This document shows positions 46,461 through 59,211 of a stretch of 64,000 bases of DNA, one piece after another. A program made the translations under genes and the position numbers. A model generated the notes under the pieces. That model was not told where the DNA came from. It did not search any database and worked only from the letters and a program-made list of their open reading frames with translations. The DNA is from Camelus ferus. Taxonomy: Eukaryota. The DNA is taken from positions 30,630,001 through 30,694,000 of the forward strand of contig NC_045697.1 of assembly GCF_009834535.1 (NCBI RefSeq), in the 5' to 3' direction. Each line of letters opens with the position of its first letter. Position 1 is the first letter of the stretch.

Positions 46461-49442
46461 GGAAGCACTTAAAGTGCTCGGTATACCCTAGTGTTTCTGG
46501 AGCTGTTCTTCCCAGATCTTGGCTGTCTTTCTGAGGAGCCTCTCTACGGTGTCAACGCCCTTTGAAACCACACAGTACTCCACCCTCCAAACATCACCTG
46601 ATCCGGGACAGGGCAGGGGGCGTGGAACGGGGCTGCTGTTTCGGGCTGCCCACCCCACCTCTGCTGATGCTGGACTGTCCTGGAGGCACTCACTATGCCT
46701 TCAGACAACCCAAACACACATTTAATTATTTAGTTTTGGAAGGAACGTCTGCCGCATCAGTACAGAAAAGAACTGGAGTCTAGTCCTCGGATCGGACACT
46801 TACGACCCAGTTGGTGGTGGCGACAGAAGGTTACCTTTGTACCACACCAGGACTCCTCAGGGAGAGCGTTATGTTCTTCGGGTGCCCTGGGCTGTGTTTC
46901 ATTGTACGGATGACAAAGAACAGGTCAAGTCAGGGAACGCTGATATCCGTACTTATCCTGGTGTTACCTACAGCACTGTATTGCTACATGTAGTGTATAG
47001 TAATACATATTATAATAGTGTATTGCTATGAAAGTTAACAGATGAACGAGTAAATTATATTCAAGATAGCTGGCCAATTACATCTCTATGTCTGACTTAT
47101 ACAGATGTAACTACTAGCACAGAAATGTGTCTGGCTATATTCTTGATTGAAATATAGAATTTTAAGATTAAAAAATGTAAATATAAGGGTAGTTACTTCT
47201 TTCTGAAATTAACTAGACTGTAATAGAGCTAGTGACTACTGAGTATTGCTGCAACATTCTTAGGGACCCACTGCTTAGTGCCCAAGAAACAGTCAGTGTA
47301 GACTCTCCCTCCTTGAGAATCTGAGTGGCATTCTTGTTGTCCTTCTGTTTTGGAGCCGTCATGAGGCTCAGTTACACACACTTGCACACCAAAGTGCTTT
47401 GCAAGCACTAAGTACTACACAAGTTTAAAGTATTATTCTTTTCTTTGAATACATTAAACAGTTTACATTTTGGACAAGCTAGTCGAGCCTACAGCTGCAT
47501 TAATCCATTCTTCCTATTTTCAGCGAAGCACCAGCTATTTAAACATTACATTCAAAGTATCAGCAGAAATAAAACAACAAGGAAAAGAATCCCTGTTAGC
47601 ACGTCCCGGTGTACGTGAAGTGAGCAGAGACGTGATGGGGTACTGACATTCATTTCACTTTGAATTAAACACAGCATCACCGCAAATCTCAGGAGATAGA
47701 TATTATGTTTTGTGTTTGGGTAATACCAGGAATTCTACAGGCAAGGGGAGAATTCTGTTTGGTTGGCTAAAAGCCAGTCAAACTTCACACTTGTCCTAGA
47801 AGTAGGTGGTCAAAAACTCTGTTCTTGTCTTCAAAGCGATCGGCTACAGCTGCTTAAACGTTCTCAATTTCAAAACCCTTTGTGTCATTCATTTTGAAGA
47901 TAAAACATTCATACATGAGATAAATTGAGGTCTAATGAAAAAGATGTTACGTTAGAATTGACCTTGGGGAAAAGCACGTCCAATCGGACAGCGCACATCA
48001 AATAAAAATGAAGGACAGGACTGGACTTTCCAAGTGGCATCAGCAGACGTATACAGTCTTTGATTTCATTTTATTGGGAAAAAAGGACTCAAACCAAGGG
48101 AAGGAGGAGATGGAGTCAGCTTTCTCTCTGTTCTCCTCAAAACACATGCTGTAAATTTTCTCGAGTTCACAGTACATGTTTCAAAAGAAGCCTTCACTTC
48201 GGGTGGAAGGAAGTACACACTCCTTGATATGTCTGGTTTTGCTGTAATAGTATATAATGCCTTTCTCTAATAAATTTAACCACAGATTTTTTTTAATGTG
48301 TCTGCATTCTGCTAATTTATAAAAAGCAGGATGCTGTCAGATAAAATTTCAGGAAAATGATCTATAAACCAGACTGTCAAAAGTGAAAGGTACTCAGGCA
48401 GTAAGTACTTAGGGAAACAAATACATGGAACCCCTGGAAAGGGTTCCTATGACTGCGGGAAAACAACGTTCTGTAACGGGGCTCATGTTACCTTGATTTG
48501 CTAGTTACTGTGAGGTCACAGGAAATTCTGAAATGTTTTCCACATTTTCTTTTATACATTTTATGTCAAATTTCCTGCAATTGAAATAAAAAACCCTCCT
48601 ACTGCTGGAATCTCTTCTGAACGAAAGGAGATCTTGTGACACTCCCCTACGAACACCTAATAACTCAGTTCTTACCAGTGTAACAAGAAACTGAAAGACA
48701 GAACTGAAAGTGGACCACGATAGGCTGAAATGTCAGCTGTCCCAACCCTTTCAGAATGAAAACCAAATTGATGTCATGAGGACAACTCTAAAAGTGCATT
48801 TAATCTAGTCACAGTAGCCTTTTCTTTAGAATCAGAGATAAGAGAAGAAATGACAGATGGTTCTGAAGGCATAAGCTCACAGTTTCCCCAAATCTCTTAT
48901 GCAAAATGCATTTGTGGATTTATGGTCAAATTAAAATGGCATCCTTCAGATGGATATCCCTTTTTTAAAAAAAATTTTTTCCCTTTTTCAGTTTTATTAT
49001 GTAGAATTATTATAGTTCGACTGCACATACACATTATATTGCATGTACATACATACATACAGTATACTGTAATTTTTTTGAGTTTACATATATGCACTAT
49101 TGCTTCTAAGAACAGATTAGATCTTTAGCTTTTTAAACTTACATAGTTATCAAAGAAATAAAGCCAACTACAAAGTAAGATGGCTATTCTTAACATGAGT
49201 TAAGCTCCTGACAACCCTGTTTTCTTATCCCAGCTATGCTTATGAAAGGAAAAGTCAGATTTAAGTAAAATGTCCAAATTTAAAATATTCTCTAAACTTT
49301 TATCATTCAACTTTGGACTAAAAACAGCTTTCTAAATTGTCAAATACTATTTTACTATAAACCCAGGCTTCAGCCATGAAGGCTCGCTGATGAATACCAG
49401 TGTTTCGGGTTGGTTCGATCGTGAGCGATTAGCATACATTAC

Positions 49443-49550
49443 CTCTCCTGACATATCGGGGGCCATTGGAACAGCAGGCCACAGAGATGAGTAGATTCCA
49501 AAAAACACCACCCAGAGTGCGATGCTGCCCCAGATCGCGATGTGGCTGAA
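49443..49550 (-). CDS. ATP8A1: ATP8A1 exon
   Basis: [36 protein letters not shown]; tctcag acceptor, gtaatg donor; 108 bp. Confidence 0.96.
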
Positions 49551-50426
49551 CTGAGAAGCAAGGACATTCGAGTCAAAGGACCTCCAGGTGGACGAAGGAC
49601 CCCCACGCTGACGGAGCTTCCACACACCCCCTTGCTGATTTTTACCACCTCCATAAAATATTATCCCTGGGGATTTCTAAATAACTGAGTGTGTTTTAAC
49701 TGGGTCTTTCATTAAATGCTAACGTCTTCCACCGCAGCTATAACGCTTGTGGTGCTGGCATTTAGAACTGCTCCTCTACTTCCTTTGGTGGGTCTCATCT
49801 TGTACCTTTTTCATCCCTAACCATCTTTAAGCCGCCTTAATTTTGGCTCTGTATGCTCGCACTGAAAGATGCTAAGACACTCGTGGGACTACTAATCTGC
49901 ACCAATGACTGTCAAGTCCAAATTTCGTCTGTCGAGTCTCCCTTGAGTATCTGCTTTTTTCTTGTTTCCTGGGTCTCGCTACTTGGATGTGAATATACTG
50001 CAGGATGAACGTATCCAGAAAGGAACTTGTTTTATTCAGACTGGATATTTAAAATGTCTGAGGACAAATTTTTTGCTAATATTATTGTTCTTGAAAATTA
50101 CTTTCCAGTGGGTTTTCTGCTAGTCTTGTCACACATTCTATTAAGAAAAGACTCCTCGTCAGTAAGCTGCAAGCCCCCCCGCCCAGGGGTGTCCACAATG
50201 TACAGTAATACCTTCAGGGCTCCGGGAAGTCTTGTGGTAAATAAACTTCCTTAAATTGGTTTTACTCAGAGTTTCTAAACTAAAATCCCCAGTTCTCCCT
50301 GCTCCATGCCTGACCCCACAATTAACCCCACAATTAACCACAATTCTGACCCATGAAGTTAGGATGAAAAAAAAACAACAAAAAGTAAATGTGACATTTC
50401 TTGGTTGTGACTAAGGAAATTCTTAC

Positions 50427-50483
50427 CCACGTCCAATACGATGTCTCCAATCCAGCTTTCAAACACACAGTTATCACCACAAA
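50427..50483 (-). CDS. ATP8A1: ATP8A1 exon
   Basis: FVVITVCLKAGLETSYWTW; ttttag acceptor, gtaaga donor; 57 bp. Confidence 0.95.
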
Positions 50484-52702
50484 CTAAAACAGAAGAGAAA
50501 TATTATTTTATTTCATAAATACCATAGCTCATCAAATGGGAATGGTAGCTTATTCACAGCTCGACTTGTACACCCAACAAGCAAAGAAACAAGTGTGTTA
50601 GCTGCGGGGCTGGACGCTGCGACCACGACCAGCCAGCACCGCCCAGCGGAGGTGCCACCGTCCCGTCTCCCGTCCCTGCCTCCTCCTCACCGTCACTGCC
50701 CTGCAGCCCCTCCACAAGACTCCCGAGCGTGGGCCTGCCTACCTCTTGTACAATTCATGAATAGCGACAGAGAATCGTCTGCAGTAACTTGGGTTTTCAG
50801 CCTGGCTTTAATTTTATTTCACATCATCTGTAATACTTGGGGCCTCCACTTTCTAAATTTTAGAGATGAGCTGTAAAAGTAATATAACTGGGTGTTTAGA
50901 AACCTGAGCACTTACTCTGTAACCTTACTTACTTGAAACCCCGCGGAGTAGAATGTAAGAGCCGGTTACACCTCCCTGATGACACACCCACGGTCACTGG
51001 TGCCTGTGCTACTAATTCTAACGGAGGGGACTGGGGTTTAATGAACTGCCCCGTGTTTTCCAGAGGATGGCATGGCGGTTAAGTGGAGTCAGGCTATACG
51101 TGCTCAAGACTCCCAACGTCTATCAGCTGTTCTGCTAAGGAACAAGGCGAGTTACCTGGCCTGTCCGTGTCTTAGTCCCCTCATCTGCAAGCTGGGCTGG
51201 ACAAAGCCTCCCTACTTTACAGGGGTGTGAGTATAAAACACCAAGAGCAGTGCTTAGCGCTGTAGAATTACCTGTTATTATCTATTTATCATCAGTAAGG
51301 AAACTTTATGTACTGTTAGTCTTCAAAGGAATTCAGGGCACTTTCGGTAGTTTGCTGGGATGGCCGGGCGATGCTCGCCGAGCACTGATGGTCAGTGAGC
51401 ACTTCAAGTGCGTGGTACTACTTCTGGGCCCTGTAAGGGTGTGTATGTACGTGGTATCCGATGCTTCACAGTGAGGTCACAGGGTCAGGACAAAGAGAAG
51501 CACTTGGGCTTCCTCAGCAGGAGAGCTAATAGCAATTAAGGATTAATGTCTGTAGAAATAAAACTCTTACTAAAATTTATGTATTATTTAACTTAAGCTA
51601 TATAAGAAATTCTAAAATGAGAGAAAATATTATGCAAAATGTAAGAAACACTTCCTTGTAAGACTTGGATACTTGAAAGTGTCCCTCAGAGACATCTATG
51701 GCACATACTCTGATTAATTTCTAACCTTACTCCAACTCTCAAGTATTTACTGATTTCTGTTTTGCACTCACATTGTATGAGAATAAATGACTGGCCCCAG
51801 ATATGTTTTTCCTTTTTTTTTTTTTTTTTACTACTTCAGTGGACTGATGTCAATGGAAAGGAGACCCCAGATTTGCCAGAACTTTAATTCCTCTGCTACT
51901 TAATGGTCTAAACTTCCTATCATTCAGTTATTTAAACATCATATTGTAGTTTGATGGCCACCTAGTACTTAGGACAGCACGCTGCCCCACTGAGGGCCAA
52001 GAAGGGAGACCAGGAGCAGAGAGGAAAGGTCACTGGCCAGAGAATTCAGAGTTGAAGGTTACAGTTAACTTTCACTGGAGACTGACTGTGCGACCCTGGG
52101 CATTAGCATCCAGGTGGTGCTTTTGATGTTTGAGGAAAAATGGTTCTAGAACATTTTTTATTTGCTCTTTAATGGCAGAGATAGGCTCACACTCATCTGC
52201 ACATCCTCCATAAGCGTTTGACATAGTGACTTAACACACTGGGGGCCATGCCTTGCGCGAGTTAAAGGTCCCCAAAGAGTAGAGGTCTCTGTCCCACTTC
52301 CGTGATCATGAGACTCTGGAATAATTCCTGGTTAAACACCCAACTAGCATGGTAATATCTGCCATAAATTCAAGAAAGTAAGACAGTATTAATAAGGGCA
52401 GTAAAATAAAACTGAGGGAAAAGGGACAAGAAAGAGAAAAAAGAGAACGTGAGGGGACAAGAGTAAAGAAGGAAGACTGAAAATAAGAGCAACCCGAGGC
52501 CTATAAAGTCGGTGAGCCTACATGACATTTTTATAACCTAATATGAAATAATCTAACAGTCAAAATATCTCATTTCATTTTTAAAGGGAAGTGTAAACAA
52601 CCCTTAAATCCAGAGATGCACATATTTAAATGTGAAAATAAAATAAGCACGTATGAACGAATTCGACTTTATACACAAATGAGGCGAACGTCCTGCACTC
52701 AC

Positions 52703-52764
52703 AGTGTAAACAAAGTTGCCCAACAGCAGGTAATCGGAGGTTCTCCCGTTCCCGAACACAGTAC
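52703..52764 (-). CDS. ATP8A1: ATP8A1 exon
   Basis: (G)TVFGNGRTSDYLLLGNFVYT; acgcag acceptor, gtgagt donor; 62 bp. Confidence 0.95.
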
Positions 52765-54249
52765 CTGCGTGAAAAGAAGAGAGGCTCGTTAGAGAAGAAA
52801 ATAAATGAGGTCCTTTCAGAATCCTTTCAAAGATAAATCCACTGAAAAGTGCTGAACACAGAAGGAGAACAAGAACCAATGGCCACACAGGGAGCCAGAA
52901 CTGAGGCTACTTTAAACACTGGATGAGGCCTTGTAAAGTTGCCATTAACACGGGTAAAACATCGTAACAAATGAAAATCAGATTTCTAGTAGCCAACGTG
53001 AAGAAGGAAACTGGACCTGTTAACCAATTTTCAAGGTTCATTAGATTTAAAAAAAAAAAATCAAATGAATCGTTCCAGTAAAGCTTCATGCTGTGGGCAG
53101 TCAGACAGGAGAAGGCATTCTGAACCCTTCTTACTAAAGCACTTGGTTAACAGCATAGACGGGGTTTTAGGGAGCCTTCTTACTGTCTCTCAGTAAAGTC
53201 TGTTGGCATTGGCTGAAAGGGATTCCAAAAAGCAACCTACAGAGGGCAGGGGAGCACCAATTTAATCCCAGGCATACGGCGCTTTGAGGATCCGGCTGAA
53301 TTTAGGGGCTTACCTAAAGGTATTTTGTTATTCCAACAGTGACTAACAAACATGGCTTCAGATGAAGGGAGTGGTACTAACAAACAAAAATCACTATTAC
53401 TGATTAAAAAAAAAATCAAACAAAAATAAAAATACTAATTTAATCATCGGTACCGTTGAAAAATTAAAAACCCATGGTATGTGTCATGCAGGGTTTTACT
53501 GAGGCACATATTTGACAATATTTATTCAGTCTAATACGTAAGGACCAAGCATGTTAGAGTCGACTATGTGGGGAGGCAGGCAGAGTGGTGCTGGAATGAG
53601 GGAGAAAGATGAGTCCGGTGGGCTCTGGAGAGACAGACCAGGCTAGGGTCCGTTACAGGCTGCGTCATCTTGGGTTATTTGTCATCAGTCTCCATGGAAT
53701 TCAGTTCCTTCACTTAAAAGATTGAGTGAAACTATCTACCCTGGAGGGGTTCGGAGGTTAAAGTGAGCTAAATATATAAAGCGCCCAGCCAGGCTCCAGA
53801 GTGTGACCCTTCCCTCTCGAAGGCTTTCAGAATAGCCTAGTAGAAACCTAGGGTATTCCATGATGGAAGACATAGTTTCTGATGTGCTAACATGTCCTGT
53901 GGGGATGTGGTGGACAAACGCAGATGTCTGCAATTAATCCGCAAACTTCTGTAGACCCAAATTAACAAACTCAAATCTACAAAATAACTGAAGGTATCTT
54001 GTGATTACTTCTGAACTTCCATGCTTCTGCTATGAGGCACATTGGTTAGGTCCTTTGATCAACATAAGCGAGTTATCCAACATAATCACAGTCCGGTCCA
54101 ACTAGACCTTCTCGTCACCACTGGGTTGTCACAAGGGAGCTGGAGTATCATTTCAAAATTGAATTGAGGAAAAAAGTTAAAAGCTGTTGTTGAATTTGTC
54201 AGGTTTAGCATTTGGATGGTTCAGGTAAATTATTCGTGCTAACACTTTC

Positions 54250-55383
54250 TGTTCTCCGGACCCCTTAACACTCTTAAAGCTTATTAGGAATCTCCCAGAG
54301 CTTTTGTTTATGTGGTTTATAACTATCGATAATTACCAAATTAGAAATTAAGACAGAAATTTAAAAAATACGTATTGATTTATCTAAACATAACAGGAAT
54401 AATCCCAATATATGTAATATAAACAGATTTTACGAAACAACTATTCTCTCAAACAAAAAAAATTAGTGAGAAAATCAGCACTGTTTTACATTTTTTTTTA
54501 TCATCTCTTTAATGTCTAGGTTAACAGAGCTGGATTCTCGTATTGTTTTGGTTGACATATACGAGGGAAATCCAACTTCACAGAGAGATGGGAGTTATAA
54601 AGGAGAGACGTATTTTGATAACCTTTTCTAATACCCACGGCTACTCTTTGAGACAACATCAAAACTCAACAAGTGGTCTCTTAATGAGGTAGAGACAGTT
54701 TCCTAAAGCTTAGTTTCACTGTGGAACCTGAAACTGTTTTGGTGGTGAGCACACTGCTGTGCAGACAGAAGAAGAAACACACTGTTGTACACACAGAACT
54801 TACATAATACTATAAACTAATGTTACAATAAAAAAAAAGAAAAAAAAAATCCATTGGTCCAGTTTGCCCTTTGAATGGATCTTTTCTGGAACCTCACAAA
54901 AGCAGCTGGGTCATCTCACAGCTCACAGCCCACAGCTCACAGCTCACAACAATCCCCAGACACTCCGCCTTGACACAGCGGCTGCGCCGTGGAAGGCAGC
55001 CGGAGCGCTCTGTGCATACTTTCCGTTTTGTGACACAGAATATTAATAAACTGTGTATCAAGTTTCAGGATTTAATAACAGTATGAGGTTTACAGCTTCT
55101 TCAAGGGCATTCTTAAGTGAAATGGCTTTTCTGGGTTGTTTTTTCCATGTGAGTCCGTGGCAGTGAAGACTACAATGACTTCTGGTACAACTACACCACT
55201 GTTTGTGTCCAGGTACCAGCAATTTTACCCACTGTTGCTCTTGCAATAGCAGTGAAAAAGGTAAGTAATGTCTTGAAAATACAAAAAATTTGAAACTGAA
55301 AATTTGAACTCACTCATGGATCTTCCTTTAGAAGGTTTTGGGTATTTCCCTGGTGTCTACAGACCATACTTTGAGAAAGGCTG
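54250..55383 (-). mobile_element. Charlie1-like hAT DNA transposon fossil with a nested short L1 3' fragment (about 54738-54850)
   Basis: Terminus-like cagaccatactttgagaaaggctg. The minus-strand ORF 55058-55246 contains a transposase remnant SHCSLHCH...SLKNALEEAV (CxxH-like motif). ggaccccttaacactcttaaa marks the other end. Confidence 0.7.
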
Positions 55384-56017
55384 AAGCAACTGAATACGTG
55401 AATATTTAGCTCTAAATTATATAGCTGTTTCTATTTCTTCTGCACCCCATCCTTTCCAAAGCTAGAAAAAACAAACAAACAAAAACAACAAAAACACAAA
55501 AAGAAAAAAAAAACAAATCCCCTCCTAATTTAAAAACAAAAACAAGGCAAAAAACATCAGAATGTTGAGATGCAGTTTATGTGCTATGTCATTTATCTCC
55601 TAAGATGAGAAAGCATGCATTCTTGGGACTTGGCTAGAAGTGGGTCCCGCAGGCAGAACCCCTCGTGAGCAGCCTCTGCTGAGGCCGATGGCTTTGGCAG
55701 CCCCCCAGACAAATGCAAAGGGAGACCTAGGATCTGGTCTTAAGGGGCTGGAATTACTTGGGAGTTCCTTTCAAACCCTGTTACTGCTGAAGTGTTTTGA
55801 TCGGTAGGGCGTTTTAGATGCTGTTCAGTTTGAGCTCCTTTTGACAGTAAGTTCCTTTTTTTTTCTAATTTATAATACTAGAATAACAGTTTCCTAGATG
55901 GCCATGCCTGGTCTTCCATACAAATATACTGATTTTGTGTTAGGAAAATAAACTCCCTGGAGTACTTATCTAATGGGTCCTGTATTGTACCCTGGATTTC
56001 AACACCCCATGGCTCCC

Positions 56018-56410
56018 CAAAGTGGAAGCAATCCAAATGTCCTTCAGTGGATAAAAGGATAAACAAAATATGGTCTATCCATACAATGAAATATTATTCA
56101 CCTGTAAAAAGGAAGGAAGTACTGATTCATGCTGCAACAGGGATGAACTATGGTCATGTGTCATGATTCCATTTATATGAAATGTCCAGAACAGGCAAAC
56201 CTGAGACAAAAATCAGTGGCTGCTGGAGACTGGGGGGTGGGGGTGAGGGGAAACGAGGAGGGACTGCTTTAGGGGATGGGGTGATGACAATGTTCTGGCA
56301 TTAGAGAGTGGGGACACTTGCACAATTCTGTGAATCTACTAGAAACCACTGAATTGTATAATTTAAAAGGGTGAATTTTATGGTATGTAAATTTTATCTA
56401 AAAAAAAAAA
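56018..56410 (+). mobile_element. Old L1 (L1MB-like) 3' end
   Basis: caaagtggaagcaatccaaatgtccttcagtggataaa...tatccatacaatgaaatattattcac...gtgaattttatggtatgtaaattttatct plus an A tail. Confidence 0.8.
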
Positions 56411-56614
56411 ATTCCCACTGTGATTCTCCTGGCCTACTGGGTCAATATCTTATATTTAGATTTTCTTACCACATGTATTTCCCTGCCGTAGAAAATGAGA
56501 AGCAGTCACTGTTGTACTGGCAGAGCCGTTAATAAAGGAAGGAGAGGAATCCCTGATGAGAACATGAAACTGCTGCCTTCCCTGTAACACTCTCTACCCC
56601 CACTCATGCCACCT

Positions 56615-57880
56615 GCCCTCATTAACTCAGCCACGGTGGCCTGGGCGCCTCCAGGGAGCCAGGCCCTGCTCTAGGCACTGCGAAAACAACAGTGAACTAA
56701 ATGGACAGTTCCCTGCCCTTCTGGAGCTTTGATTCTAACAGAGGAGAATGACAATAAAAAAAAAATAAGCAAATATGTCACAGCCTGATAGTCATGCACC
56801 ATGAGTAAGACACAGGAGGACAGGGGGAGAGTGGCAGGAGCAGTGGCGGTGGGGCTGGTGGTTCTTTAGGGTTGAGTGATCTGGGAGGGCCTCTTCCAGC
56901 ACAGAGCACAGATCCCAGGGCCAGGGCAGAAGGGAGAGAGCCAGCTGGAACAGCAGGTGAAGAGTGAGGAATAGCACGATGCCTGTGGGCTGGAGCTGGG
57001 TGTGGGGGAAAGCTCGGAGGGTGACAGTGATGGGGAGGAAGGATTGGTGGGGTTGGCCAAGGCTGGGGCTGTAGATTTCATTCTAAATGTGATAGAACAT
57101 TGGGTGCATGTATTTTTTTGAATTAAGGTTCCCTCTGAATATATGCCCAGGAGTGGGATTGCTGGATCATATGGTAAGTTGATTTTTAGTCTTTTGAGGA
57201 ATCTCCAATGTTCATAGCAGCACTATTTACAACAGCTAAGATATGGAAACAATCTAAATGTCTATTGACAGATGACTGGATAAAGAAGCTGTAGTGCATT
57301 TATACAATGGAATACTACTCAGCCATAAAAAAGAATAAAATAATGCCATTTGCAGCAACATGGATGGACCTGGAAATTGTCATACTAAGTGAAGGAAGCC
57401 AGAAAGAGAAAGAAAAATACCATATGATATCACTTATATGTGGAATATAAAAAAAAGACGAACTTATTTACAAAACAGAAACAGACTCACAGACATAGAA
57501 AACAAACGTATGGTTACCAGTGGGGAAGAAGGTGGGAAGGGATAAATTGGGAATTTTGAAATCTGCAGATACTAACTACTATATATAAAATAGATAAACA
57601 ATCAGTTTATACTGTATAGCACAGGGAACTATATTCAATACCTTATAGTAACTTATGGTGAAAAAATATGAAAACAAATACTTGTATGTTCATGTATGAC
57701 TGAAGCACTGGGCTGTACACCAGAAATTGACACAGCACTGTAAACTGACTACACTTCAGTAAAAATATATATATTAAAAAATGGGACAGAGTCTGTGGAG
57801 TTTTGAGGAGAGAGGCACTGGGTCTGATTTCTGTTTTCCAGGGATCCCTGTGGCCGCCTGTAGTGAACCGACTATAGGTG
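56615..57880 (-). repeat. L2 fragment interrupted by an L1 insertion
   Basis: gccaggccctgctctaggcactg...cctgcccttctggagctt (L2 3' end). The L2 text resumes after 57781 (gtctgtggagttttgaggagag...gatttctgttttccagggatccctgtggc). Confidence 0.65.
57097..57780 (+). mobile_element. 5'-truncated, 5'-inverted L1 (twin priming)
   Basis: About 57097-57206 is antisense L1 ORF2-end text (gggtgcatgtat...gagtgggattgctggatcatatggt). From about 57205 it is sense (ccaatgttcatagcagcactatttac) through to the A tail. Degenerate TSD AAATGTGATAGA / AAATGGGACAGA. Confidence 0.85.
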
Positions 57881-58653
57881 GGAGGAAGAGAAGACACTCC
57901 ACTCCCTCGGCCGGCATTAACTCACAGTCCACGGGGACACTGGCACCGCTAAATGATGCACAGATGCTCGGGAGGAGCACACGTCGTGTGTCAAGTACAT
58001 AGTCTGGGAGCTGAACGGTCAGCCATCGTCCACGGGATCTCAGGGCAAGGACTGCTCCGGACACGGCAGCACCAGCTTCAGCATCCCAGGGATCTCTTTT
58101 CTAACGTGGCTCCTTAACATTTTTATGTGCATAGGAAATTTACCATGATCCTCTCTCTCACAACTAACACAATAACCTCACTGCCTCAGAGCAAGCAGAG
58201 AAAAAGATCACCCTTCAAGATGCACATAAAAACATATTAAAAATCTCATTCAAAACACCGGCCCAAGGACGTACACTGGAAAATACTAGCGTGCCTGATT
58301 AAGTTCAGTATAACGAGTTGGTACAAGCCTCACAGGAGTAATAAAGAGACTAAATAAAATATTAGCACTATTGTCTTCAGCAGAGGGGAAAAAAGAGCCC
58401 TAAAATTAAGCTCTCTGCATATTTGGAAAACATGAGAAGTAGGGAAGAAAGGCTTTGCATATATTAAATCACTATGCTCCCAAAGGAACAGTAAAAATCT
58501 GTAAAGTGTGTACAACTTCTAGACGCATGTATTTTAGGTTAAGGAAAATACCATAAAAAGAAACATTGCTATCATTTTTAACGCATATTGACAATGTTAT
58601 TTTTCTAAAAAAGTAAAAAGTCATCTCTTAGCATTCAAATCCTTTCTACTTAC

Positions 58654-58732
58654 CATACTGAAGGGCTTTTAGTGGAAACCAAAACAGAATAACGGAGTGG
58701 AAGAGGCCATTTAAACAATGAACCCAGAAAAC
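58654..58732 (-). CDS. ATP8A1: ATP8A1 exon
   Basis: [26 protein letters not shown](G); cctcag acceptor, gtaagt donor; 79 bp. Confidence 0.95.
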
Positions 58733-59186
58733 CTGAGGGAAAACAAAAATCCATGAGAACCATTTGCGATAAACTAGCTCTGTGAACCCTGACCTTTCTT
58801 TTTATCTGTGAGCTAGATTCACAAAACGTGTTTCTGTCGGGCCACCACTGTGAATTAAAAGAACTGACAGACACTTTCTGCCTCTTAGACCTTCATGGGT
58901 CATTTATTTATTTTTATGTTTCTCAAATGTTTTTTCAGCCTCACTGAAATTTTTCTACTTTTTAAAAACCAAGTATTAAAAGTTTAAATTCCTGCCTGAA
59001 AAAGAAAATAAAATTTAAGATAACTGCAGATCCTTAAATTCTTTAAGTGGGACTATCTTCATAATTCCAGAAGAGAACAGACTTTTGAAAAAGACTATGA
59101 TTTGGTGAAATCCCTATTTTCTCTTTTTCAGGCAAATAAAAGTGTAAACATTTTAATGGTAAGGATATAATGCATTCTCTCTCCAT

Positions 59187-59211
59187 ACACACACACACAC
59201 ACACACACACA
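59187..59211. repeat. (CA)n microsatellite
   Basis: acacacacacacacacacacacaca. Confidence 0.9.
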
